DNA of 64,000 nucleotides, taken from the NCBI RefSeq assembly GCF_000372725.1, contig NW_005201493.1, positions 138,830 through 202,829 on the forward strand. Reading direction: 5' to 3'. The position numbers and the translations under genes were made by a program. The notes under the pieces are model-generated. The model had not been told where the DNA came from. It did no database searches and was given only the letters and a program-made list of their open reading frames with translations. Positions 11,659 through 21,513 of this stretch are shown here, piece after piece; position 1 is the first letter of the stretch; every line of letters starts with the position of its first letter. This DNA is from Emiliania huxleyi CCMP1516 (Eukaryota).

Positions 11659-12729
11659 CTAGGTGTCCAGATTGAGCCCCTCCTTCCGCCTCTCGCCCCA
11701 GTGGCACAGCAGGGCCGCCGCCGGCGCCGCGCGGCCACCGCGGCCGCCCCGCGTCTCGACGCGCCCCGGAGCGGGGTCGCGCAGAGCGAGGTGCCGGACT
11801 GTCACAATGGCACCGGGGTGCGCCGTGTAGTGCAGCAGCTTGCGCCGCCGCCAAAAGCCGCGCAGCGCCGCCTCGCCTGAGCCGAGACGCATCTTGCGCG
11901 CCACCCCGGTGCGGCGGCTGCTGCGGAGGCCGGCGGCGGAGCGCTCGTTGCGCCTCTCGCGCTCGCGCCGCTCGGCGACGACGCGCCGGCAGGCGAGGAT
12001 CGAGTCGACGTAGAAGCGGAACGGAATGTCCGACATCTTGCGCTGCAGGCTCGCATAGTGCATGAACTTGTCGCGCCAGCGCCCGTACGGGCACGACTCA
12101 AAGTGCATCAGCATGGCGCTCTCGAGCGGGACCAGCCACTCGACGCCGGTGAAGCGGTGCGAGCCGCTCGCCGCGGTTGAGCCGACTCGCCCGCCCGCCT
12201 TGCCGTTGACGTAGCACAGGAACAAGTCGTCGTCAAGGAAGAAGCGCGAGATGGTCGTGAAGTCGGAGCCGGCGTGATCGGGCACCGCCTCGACGTTGGT
12301 GAGGACGAGGCAGTCAGCATCACGCGGAACGCGCCGCACCACCTCCTCCCACGGCTCACAAAAGTGGAGCAGCTCGTCGTCGTCCACATGGAAGAGCCAG
12401 TCGACCCCGTGCACCGCGCACCCGGCGAGCGCCGCGTTGACGTGCGCCTCCTGGCGGTCGATGAGGGTGAAGTAGGGATTGGACTGCTCGCTCGCCACCG
12501 ATAGCGTCACGAAGCCCGCCGCGTGCGCCTCGCAGTACGCGACCACATCGGGAGACTGCTCGACCGCGAGAAAGACGTGCGCCGCGCCGAGCCGCCGGTA
12601 GTAGTCGAGCCACGCGCCGAAGCGGTGAGGGTTTCGCGTCACCGTGGCGATGGCGAACGAGGGCGCGGCGGTCGTGGGGCGCTTCACACGGCGTGCGTGC
12701 GTCGGCGGAGAAGAGGGTTCCATGCACAT
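11659..12729 (-). CDS. Glycosyltransferase family 2/92-like protein (GT-A fold)
   Basis: AWLDYYRRLGAAHVFL and DWLFHVDDDELL (DxD) motifs, NGK and HF motifs. Confidence 0.75.
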   Translation of the reverse strand: MCMEPSSPPTHARRVKRPTTAAPSFAIATVTRNPHRFGAWLDYYRRLGAAHVFLAVEQSPDVVAYCEAHAAGFVTLSVASEQSNPYFTLIDRQEAHVNAALAGCAVHGVDWLFHVDDDELLHFCEPWEEVVRRVPRDADCLVLTNVEAVPDHAGSDFTTISRFFLDDDLFLCYVNGKAGGRVGSTAASGSHRFTGVEWLVPLESAMLMHFESCPYGRWRDKFMHYASLQRKMSDIPFRFYVDSILACRRVVAERRERERRNERSAAGLRSSRRTGVARKMRLGSGEAALRGFWRRRKLLHYTAHPGAIVTVRHLALRDPAPGRVETRGGRGGRAAPAAALLCHWGERRKEGLNLDT

Positions 12730-13151
12730 GGGGGCCAAGGCGGCGCCGTTGGAACCGCGGGAGACTGGCACGGGGTCTCTTTTTTTTGAGCTTTGCCTTC
12801 GATGTTGGAAACAAAGCAGGCGGACATGGCATATCGCTCTCGGGCCCACAGACATCCCGCACACCTGCCGCCCCCGCGCGCGCCCCACCCCGGCCGGGAG
12901 AAAGGGGAGTGACAGCTTGGGATTGAAAGCCGAGAACCTCGCACTCCATGTGCGAGAACGCAGGGTAAATGTAATCCGGATGGCTCACAGGCCACGTCTT
13001 GCGCCCCGAGCTCACCATCTACCGCACTGAACACTTGCGCCCCCTCGCTCCCAACCCATCCACCTCGGGCCGCGCCGCGCGATCTCGGGCGATCTCGCGC
13101 TATCTCGGGTGATCTCTCGGGGCCGCGCTGTTCAGTGTTCTCTTTTTTCGT

Positions 13152-13320
13152 GACAGGCGGCACGCGAAGACTGGTGGCAATCCCGCCGACCGCAGTCCAG
13201 GATGATGTGTGCGTGGTCATGTAGTGGGTCTCGGAAGCTCTCCTCTCTCGGCACTCGGGCTAGGGGCCTGTACCCCTCTCCCTTGCCCTCGGAACAGTGT
13301 TGTGTCCGAGTCCGAGGCCT
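13152..13320 (+). repeat. Dispersed repeat (second copy ~46175-46330)
   Basis: Shared GACAGGCGGCACGCGAAGACTGGT...GTGGTCATGTAGTGGGTCTCGGAAGCTC...CCCTTGCCCTCGGAAC. Confidence 0.85.
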
Positions 13321-13459
13321 CTTTCACACAACCCCGGCCTCCTTCACTAACGTAGCTAGGATTCCATCCTCTGCCATTTAGGCCGCAATTTTGCACAATA
13401 TACACCATCACACAAGATCCTGACATCAAAACAAACTCTTTGTCCTCCCGCTCAGATCT

Positions 13460-15250
13460 CCCCCGAGCGCGGGTCGCCAGGGTACACGCCGAGCACGTTG
13501 AGCACGTCGCGGAAGTTGAGGCCGACCGCGCCGACGTGCAGCTTGACCTCGCCGTGGACCGGCTCGGAGTCGTCCTCCTCTTGCGACACCACCCGCAAGT
13601 TGCTGACGGCGCCGCGTGCGTCGAAGTAGAGCTTGATCGGCCCGCCCAGCGAGCCGGCCGCCTCGGTCAGGCGCGGCACGCGCTGGCTCGAGCCGTCAAG
13701 GTGAGCACCACCAGGCTCATCACGCCAGACACGGCAGGCTGCAGCGTCGCCTGGAAGGCCAGCGTGCCCTGCTCCAGGCTGATGAGGCCGATGCCGCTGG
13801 CCTGGATGCGAGCGTTGATCGACTCGTCCGCCGCCATGCCGACGGCCGCCCACGGGCCCCACTCGACCGACGTCGCGTTCATGGCGCGCGTCCGCCGGCA
13901 GGCGCCGAGCGAGTCGAGCATGCCGTTGGCGGCGGCGTAGTTGGACTGGCCGCCGCCGCCGATCAGAGCGGCGATGGACGAGAAGAGCACGTACGTGTCG
14001 AGCGGCGACGTCGCGGCCGCCTGCTGCAGCGCCCACGCGCCGGCGACCTTGGGCGCGAAGACGCGCTTGACCGTCGACGAGTTCTGCGCGCGCAGCAGCC
14101 CGTCCGACAGCACGCCCGCCGCGTGCCACACGCCCGCCAGCGTGCATCCCTTGGCCAGGATGGCGCCGACCATGCGGGCCGTGTCCGTCAGCTCCGCCGC
14201 GTCGCACTTGACCACGCTGAAGCCGCACTTGGCGATCTTCTTGAGCTTCTCGCCGTCCGCGGGGGCGACCTTGCCGCCGCGGGCCGCGAGCACCACCGAG
14301 GAGACGCCGCTCTCGCCGAGCCACTTGCCCGTGACCAGGCCGAGGCCGCCCGTGCCGCCGGACAGCAGGTGGGCCCCGCGCGGCGGCGTCGGGGCCGTCT
14401 TCGGGATGCGCACTACCACCTTGCCGGTGTTGGTGCCGCTCTGCAGCGTGCGGAATGCTTCGAGCACGTTCTTCTCGAGGTCGAAGGTCTGCAGCGGCAG
14501 GCCGTGGAGCACGAACGCATCCGCACGGCCCGAGAGCAATTGCAGAGTACCGCGGACCCAGACAGGCATCTGGTCGATGGTCGAGTCGAGCGCGATCATC
14601 GTGAAGTTCGAGTGCAACGCCGCCGCGTGCCGCTCGTAGCTCCACACCGCCCGCTTGCCGATCTCGCACAGGCGGCCGTCCTGCCGCAGCAGCGCAAACG
14701 TGCACGCGATGAAGTCCGCAGACAGGCTGTTGAGCGAGAAGCGCAGCCGGCCGGAGCCGAGCAGCTTCGACGCCCCCAGCGCAAAGGCACCCATGTCGCG
14801 CGAGCTGAGCAGCCGCCCGGTGAGGCCCATGCGCGCGAGATAGAAGTGCTTGTACGGCCGACCGACATCGGCCATCGCGCGGTTGCCGATGAAGTGGCAG
14901 TACTCTTGCGAGGCGAGGCCGACGCCGCCCGCGCCAGCGTGCAGAAGCACGTCGTGGCCAGAGGTCGGCCGGGCCGCGAGCAGCGACATGTGCACCGTCG
15001 CCCAAGTGGTGGGCAAGGTGCAGGCCTGCTCGAACGAGAGCGACTTGTCGATCGCAGCCATCAGGCGCGAGTCGGAGCGCGCCACCGAGGCGAGCGCAGC
15101 CAGGCCGTGCCCGAGCGCCGCGTCGCCAACCTTCAGATGCGAGACGCCGGCGCCGCGCGCGGCGATGACCGCCGCGCAGTCGGAGCCGGGCGGGCCCGGG
15201 TCGCCGGGGTAGGCGCCGAGCACGTTGAGCACGTCGCGGAAGTTGAGAGG
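13460..15250 (-). pseudogene. Type I polyketide synthase fragment (enoylreductase + ketoreductase + start of another ER)
   Basis: NFRDVL, LLHAGAGGVG (ER), LLSGGTGGLG, HAAGVLSD, NYAAAN, WGPW (KR); no KS/AT/ACP; frame-shifting junction at ~13700. Confidence 0.85.
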
Positions 15251-15622
15251 CGATGCCACGGGGCGATGCGGAGCTGTTGACGCAGCGAGCCTTGCCGATG
15301 CGAGAGAGCCGTGCCGGGTGCTCGTGCACCGCTGTTGGAGCGGCCGTTCCTCTGCCGGGTGGCAAAGATGCGGCGCGCACGCCGGCGTCGTGACCTCGCC
15401 CTGCTCTACTTAGTAGAAGTCGGCCGATAAGTTCGCGGACGAGATAACTGTTCAGATAGGAATCGCCGAGATTCATTATGGGTTGTCGCAGGGGTACTAA
15501 ACTTAAAGGGATTTTTTAAGGCTAAAAGGCGCTTCCCGGTTCGAGGTAGTGTGCGTTTCTGTGAAGACGAGCCTGTCGCGCCAGTGACGCGGCCTCTCGA
15601 CCAACCGCTGCACACAGCAGCC

Positions 15623-17081
15623 ATGGCCGTGGCTCTTCTTCTCGCGCCGCCGCTCACCGCCTGCTACACGCCGCCCGGGCTGCTCGAGGGCCTTGTCGCG
15701 CAGAAGCGCAGAGAGGTGGAGAGGCTGCGGCGGATGCCCGAGGCGCGGGAGGACGGTTCGTGGGCCTTGCGGCTCGGCTACCCCACCTCTGACACGTCTT
15801 TCGCGCTGACGCGCGCGATCGGCTGGAAGCGCGAGCGGCCCGCCGTGCTGGCCGACCTCAAGCGGATGTCGCCCGGCGCCAAGCTCGGGCAGACGGACGT
15901 GGTCTGCGAGGTTCTCGATGCCGCCATCGCGATAGACGACGCGATCGACGCCAACCTGGCCGGCGCGCTGGTCGCGATCGACCGGACGAGCTACGGCGGC
16001 AGCGCCGAGGACCTGATCGCGGCGCGCCGGCGTGCCGACGAGGCTGCGCGCAAGGGGCTACCGACGCTGCCTCTCGTAGCCAAGGACTTGGTCATCGACC
16101 CGCTGCAGGTATGCACACATGCACATGCACATGACACATGCACATGACACATGTGCATGTAGGAAGGTGAAGAACAGCCAGGCTCGGACTGGACACCAGC
16201 GTGGTATGGGTGGACGCGGGACAGATGACGACGACACGCTCGAGCGACACACAGACACACACAGGCTCTCACACGCAGGTTGCCCGCGCCGCCTCCCTCG
16301 GCGCCGACGCCGTGCTCCTCGTCGCCGGCGCGTGCGTGGACGACTTTTCGCTGCTGCTCGACACGTGCACGCTGCTCGGCGTCGAGGCTCTGGTCGAGGT
16401 TCACACGCCCGAGGAGGTCGAGCTCGCCGGCAGAGCGCGGCGCGGCGCGCCATTTCTTTTTCAGCGCGTTTCTTTTTTACAGGTGCTCGCCGGCAGAGCG
16501 CGGCGCGGCGCGCCATTTCTTTTTCAGCGCGTTTCTTGTTTACAGGTCGAGCTCGCCGGCAGAGTGCGGCGCGGCCCGCCATTTCTCGTTCAGCGTTGTT
16601 TCTTTTTCCAGGTCGAGCTCGCGGCGGAGTGCGGCGCGGGCCTCTTCTTGGTGACGGAGCGCGACCGCGCCACCGGCCGCGTGCAGCGAGGACAGGCGCT
16701 CTCCTCCCCTCTCCTCTCCGCTCTCTCTCTCCTCTCTCCTCCTCTCCTCTCCGCTTTGTCCTCCCTCCTCCCTCCTCCCTCCTCCCTCCTCCCTCCTTCC
16801 CTCCTCCCTCCTCCCTCCTGCTCCTTCCTCCCTCCTCCCTCCTCCCTCCTCCCTCCTGCTCCTTCCTCCCTCCTCCTCCTGCTCCCTCCTCCCTCCTCCC
16901 TCCCCCCTCCTCCGCACCTCTACTCGTCACCGGCCGCGTGCAGCGAGGGCAGGCGCGGCGGATGGCGCCGCTGCTGCCGCCCGACGCGATCAGCCTCGCC
17001 ACGGGAGGCGTTGCCAGCATCGACCAGGCACCGTGCGCGTGCGCACACACATGCACACACACACACACACACATGCACTTG

Positions 17082-17116
<35 letters not shown>

Positions 17117-17117
17117 A

Positions 17118-17212
<95 letters not shown>

Positions 17213-17436
17213 GCACGCGGCCTTGCACCCTCAATGCCGCGCCAGCGCCTGCCGTTGGACGCGGAAGTCGCGAGGGCTGCCCGGCCCTTTCCCCACCGCC
17301 TCGTCCACGTCCATGTCCACGTCCGTTTGTACCTTGCCTCACCTTTCCCTCCCCCAGGTTCGGGAGCTGCACGCCGCGGGCTACGACGGAGTGGTCCTCG
17401 GCCGCTCGTACCCAGGCCCCCCCTTGCCCCGCCACC

Positions 17437-17507
<71 letters not shown>

Positions 17508-17755
17508 GTGCGTGCGTGCGTGCGTGCGTGTGTGTGGAGACATCTACCTGACCTCCCCTTCCCTTGCCCTCGCCAGGCGCCTCTGGCAGGAGGCTGGTCG
17601 AGGAGGTGCGGGCAGAGGAGCCGCGCCTCCGCCTGGTCGAGCCGATCACGGTCCGCGAGCCCGGAGACCCGCTCGAGCCGCTCGTCGAGGAGGAGGCGGA
17701 GGCGGGCGGCGGAGGGCGGGCGGGCGGCGGGGAGGGCCCCGTGTTTGACGTGTAG
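15623..17755 (+). CDS. Indole-3-glycerol-phosphate synthase (TrpC)-like protein, multi-exon, possibly plastid-targeted
   Basis: LADLKRMSPG, YGGSAEDL, VAKDLVIDPLQ|VARAASLGADAVLL, LVEVHTPEE motifs; introns at ~16109-16278, 16417-16611, ~16696-16952, ~17029-17358, ~17416-17576. Confidence 0.8.
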
Positions 17756-18136
17756 CGACGTGAGGGCGCGGGGGAGGGGGCCAGGGCCCGGCTGAGGTCT
17801 CGTGAGTCGTGTTCACACTGTTTCAGCGGAGAGCGGAGACCGGCCGTCTCCCTCTTTCTCTCTGCGCGAAATATCTACGCGTAGAGCCGTGTTTCCAATG
17901 CTTGGACAGTCCACACATGACAGGCACGGGTCACGGCCGAGCCCAGAGGCCGCCGCGCGCGCGCTAAGACACATGTCATGGCGTTTGGCGGTGGCCGGTG
18001 GAGGGCGATCCATGTTTCCCCCTCTCACATAGATTCTGATCATGATTCTGACTCACAAGAGGCTGACATGTGGGGTACTAATCTGACGGTCGACTGATCT
18101 AGCGCTCCTTGCACGTGCACTTCTCCCGGCGCAACC

Positions 18137-18901
18137 TCACAGGATCTCGCTGAACGACTGCCGCTTGTTTTTGACCGGCAAGTGCGTGCTGCGCGGCGTG
18201 GCCGCCACGGCGTCGGGCAAGATGGGAGCGACCACCTTGGATTGGACGAGCGAGCCGCGAAGCGAGGTGCGAAACACCGACTGTCGGACCGAGTTGTCGA
18301 TGCGCCGCGTCGGGCTGCCGGCGCGCTGCTTGACAACCCACTCTTTAGGGGGCGGTGGGAGCTTGGGCTGCTGCGGCTTTGGGCGCGGCGTCTGGCTCTC
18401 GAGGTCGCCGGATGAGGCCGTCGACTGGAAGGCGTAGCTCTTGCTGTTCCAGCGGAGCCTGAACTTTGGCGGCTGGCCGTCCGAGCGCTCGGACCGCGCG
18501 TCGATCAGCCCTATGCCGCGCGCAGCTGCACTCGAGGAGCCCTGGCGGTACCGCAAGGCAATAGCCAGCGCGAGCAAGGCGGCAGAGGCGGCAGCGAGGA
18601 CGTAGGCATGCTCGGTCGCGAAGCGCATCACCACGACATCCAGCTGGTCGTCGGCGAGTGTCCCGTTGGCGGCCACAAGAGGCGGCTCTACGGAGCTACT
18701 CGCCACGTACGGCTCGAGCGCAGCGAAGTGGCGGGTCTCCTCGGCGTCGGCACACCCGCCAAGACGGTCGGACCAATATTCGAGCCACTCCAAGGGGTTG
18801 ATGTACTCCAGCGGGTGGTAGAGCGGGTCCAAAAGGTTGGTGCAGACTCGCGACGATGCGGCGGAGGGAGAGGCTGCGGCGGAGGAGGAGGAGACTGACA
18901 T
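18137..18901 (-). CDS. Hypothetical single-pass membrane protein
   Basis: 254-aa ATG ORF with a hydrophobic segment YVLAAASAALLALAIAL. Confidence 0.5.
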   Translation of the reverse strand: MSVSSSSAAASPSAASSRVCTNLLDPLYHPLEYINPLEWLEYWSDRLGGCADAEETRHFAALEPYVASSSVEPPLVAANGTLADDQLDVVVMRFATEHAYVLAAASAALLALAIALRYRQGSSSAAARGIGLIDARSERSDGQPPKFRLRWNSKSYAFQSTASSGDLESQTPRPKPQQPKLPPPPKEWVVKQRAGSPTRRIDNSVRQSVFRTSLRGSLVQSKVVAPILPDAVAATPRSTHLPVKNKRQSFSEIL

Positions 18902-19144
18902 GGACGTAGGTGGGTCGGATTGGCCGTGCGAGTTTGGCGAGGCGCCCTCCTTGCCTCGTGCAATATGGGATTTTTTCTTTTCTCAATGGCTCTTTATACG
19001 TACATTCCCGTAGGAGGACTCTGCTGACAGGGTTTGCGATGAGGAGCGACCCGAAGGGTTTCTCGGAGGTTAGTGCACCACTAACCGCCGAAGCACAAGC
19101 ACTTGGAGCAAGAGAACTACGTACGTACGACCTGGATCGACGAC

Positions 19145-20167
19145 CTATAAATAAATAAATAAAACGGGCACGCCAAACGAGGGGTGGGAGAGGGACAGGG
19201 GATCTTGCCATAAAACTCGGCGATGGGCACGTTGTTCTGCATCCGCCATCCGACGAGCGTCTCGACGGACTGTGTGCCGGCCGATTGCGGCGGTCAGCCG
19301 GGGTGGGGCGGGAGGGGGCGAAGGGCGGGAACATTCTTGATGCAGAAGGGGGGGGGGGGGCAAAAAAGGCCCCGGCTGCCGGGCGTGGGACGGCACCTGG
19401 CCAGCCCCAGCGAGCAGGACGTGCTCGAGTGCCTCGAGAACGGCGACGCGGACGGACGAGTGGCGATGGTGCAGGTGCGGCAGCACCGCTTCGATGAGCC
19501 TCGCAGAGTACGGCTGCACCGCCTTGCCGCCCATCGACTTCACCATCGGCGGCAGCACCTCGCGGCCCACCAGCACCATCAAGGCGCACGCGCCGCGCAG
19601 AGCCGGCGGGTAGTTGTCGCGGCAGACGCCGAGGACGATCGAGCCTATCTCGGCGACGTACGGGCGCAGCAGAGCGCGCACTTTGAACAGAGCCTTCGTC
19701 GTCAACGAGACGAGCGCCGACCGCAGCTCTTCGGAAGGCTCCGCAGTCGCCTCGGTGCCGAGCCGCTCGACGAGCACCGGCAGGAGAAAGGGCAGGGAGC
19801 CGGAAACGTCGGCTACGTCGGCGCCCTCGACCCACTGCTCAAAGATGCTCGCGGCGAGCTCGCGGCATCGCTCGGACGGGTCGGCGAAGCGGAGCAGCAG
19901 AGGGCGGAGCAGAGACTTGCGCTGGTCGCCGCCCAGTGGCAAGCCGCAGAGCTGCTGAAGCGCGGCCTGCCTTGACGCGGCGGTGGGGTCGCCGAGGAGG
20001 TTAACGAGCCGGTCAAAGGTGGCGGATCCGCTGCCGGGCGCAGTGTCGGCATCCTCCGCCTCATCCTCCTCGTCATCCGAGTCTTTGGAGGAGTGCAAGC
20101 CCCGAAGCTGGCCAGCGGCGGCTGCCTTGCCAACTTGTGATTTGCGCAGGGCCAGCACCGACTTCAT
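19145..20167 (-). pseudogene. DNAAF5: Dynein axonemal assembly factor 5 (HEATR2)-like, N-terminal part only
   Basis: LLRPLLLRFADPSERCRELA, LPFLLPVLVERLG, EPSEELR HEAT motifs; intron 19270-19396 then SVETLVGWRMQNNVPIAEFYG; no further coding sequence seen before the next gene. Confidence 0.65.
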
Positions 20168-21513
20168 TCGGTCGGCGGCCGCCGCCTGTTGGTCCGATGG
20201 CTTTCGGACCGATGAGGGTTGCGACTCCTCTCCCTCGCTGTGATTCTGTGGCAGGTTCGGTGTTGCAGATGCCAGGGCCGAATGAGGGCGGAATCGGGGT
20301 CACGGTCGCCTACGCCGGTGGCGATGCCGCTCCCTTTGCGGCTGGGGCGAATCTGCCACGTGCTCGGGATCAAGCCGGGCCCGAACCTTGTGCTCACCGC
20401 TCGCATGGCGGCATCGGCGGTGCACGTCGACCCGAGCGGCGGCCTGCTGCACCAGGTGGCCCGGCTCGAGCACCGCGTCTGCGAGTGGGGCCTCGGGGAG
20501 GCGCGAGGCGCGTTTCGCCCCGTCTGCGCGTGCGGCCGCGTCCCGTGTGGCTACGCGTCCCATCATTACTGCCGGTGGATCGCTCCAGAGGCGGTGGGCG
20601 GCCACTAGAAGGCGACTCGTTAGCGAGTCGAGTGGCTCGCACATGCCGGAGGGGCTGTCGCGCGTCTTTGGAGGTAAGGTCGCACCGTCCACCATCATGT
20701 TACTTCGATACGCTTGATTCCGGCGCTTGTTTTTTGCGCGCTCTCTGACTCTCTGTACACAGTAACACACATAAACAGAAGCGTCCTCTCCTCTCTCGCG
20801 TCCACCCATAGCGCTTTGGTGTCCAGTCCGAGCCAGGCTGTTCTTCGCCACACAGTGTTCGCAGTGATGTCTGATCACGAGTGAACCGCACAAAATCTCG
20901 CTGCGGAGTTCTGAGGGCCGCCGGATTTTTTAAGACCTTTTAATAAATGAGGAGGTTTGGCGGGGCCGCCGCTGAAATTGTCGTTTAAGAGATTGCACAG
21001 GCACGGGGGCGGGGGACCGCGGTTTAAGAATTTTACAACAAAAAACTCTCGTCCCTCGCACGACACTGGGCACGGGACTGGCGCGCACTGGCACTAACAC
21101 ATTCATAATATTACTACATATAGCATAAAAGGAGCAAGTGTACGGGTAAAAGCTAAAACTCTTCGGCGGCCTCCGCAGCCACCTCAGCCACCGCCCCGGC
21201 GGCGTCCAAGGCCAGCTCGGTCACATCGACGGCATCTGAGAGAGCTCTCTGGTACGAAATGGGGGGTACGAAATGGAAAAGGAGCATTTCGCGAGAAGTC
21301 CCCGCCCACATTGCAGTCTTTCGGAAATTCGAAACTTTCGTCAATTCGTCTATTCTGTAATTTGAAATTCGAGAACGATCAACAGAGGAGAGCTCAATTA
21401 TAGAGGTGACATCGCGAATCCGGATCGTGAAACGAAGGAGCGTCCTTCGGGCTTCGCTAACCCCTAACGCTGAACGCGCGATCAGATGGCAGGTCTACAT
21501 GCTCCGAAAGGGG

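Noticed and set aside
20219..20608. Small Cys/His-containing ORF divergent from DNAAF5
   Set aside because: No recognisable motif; too little evidence to call
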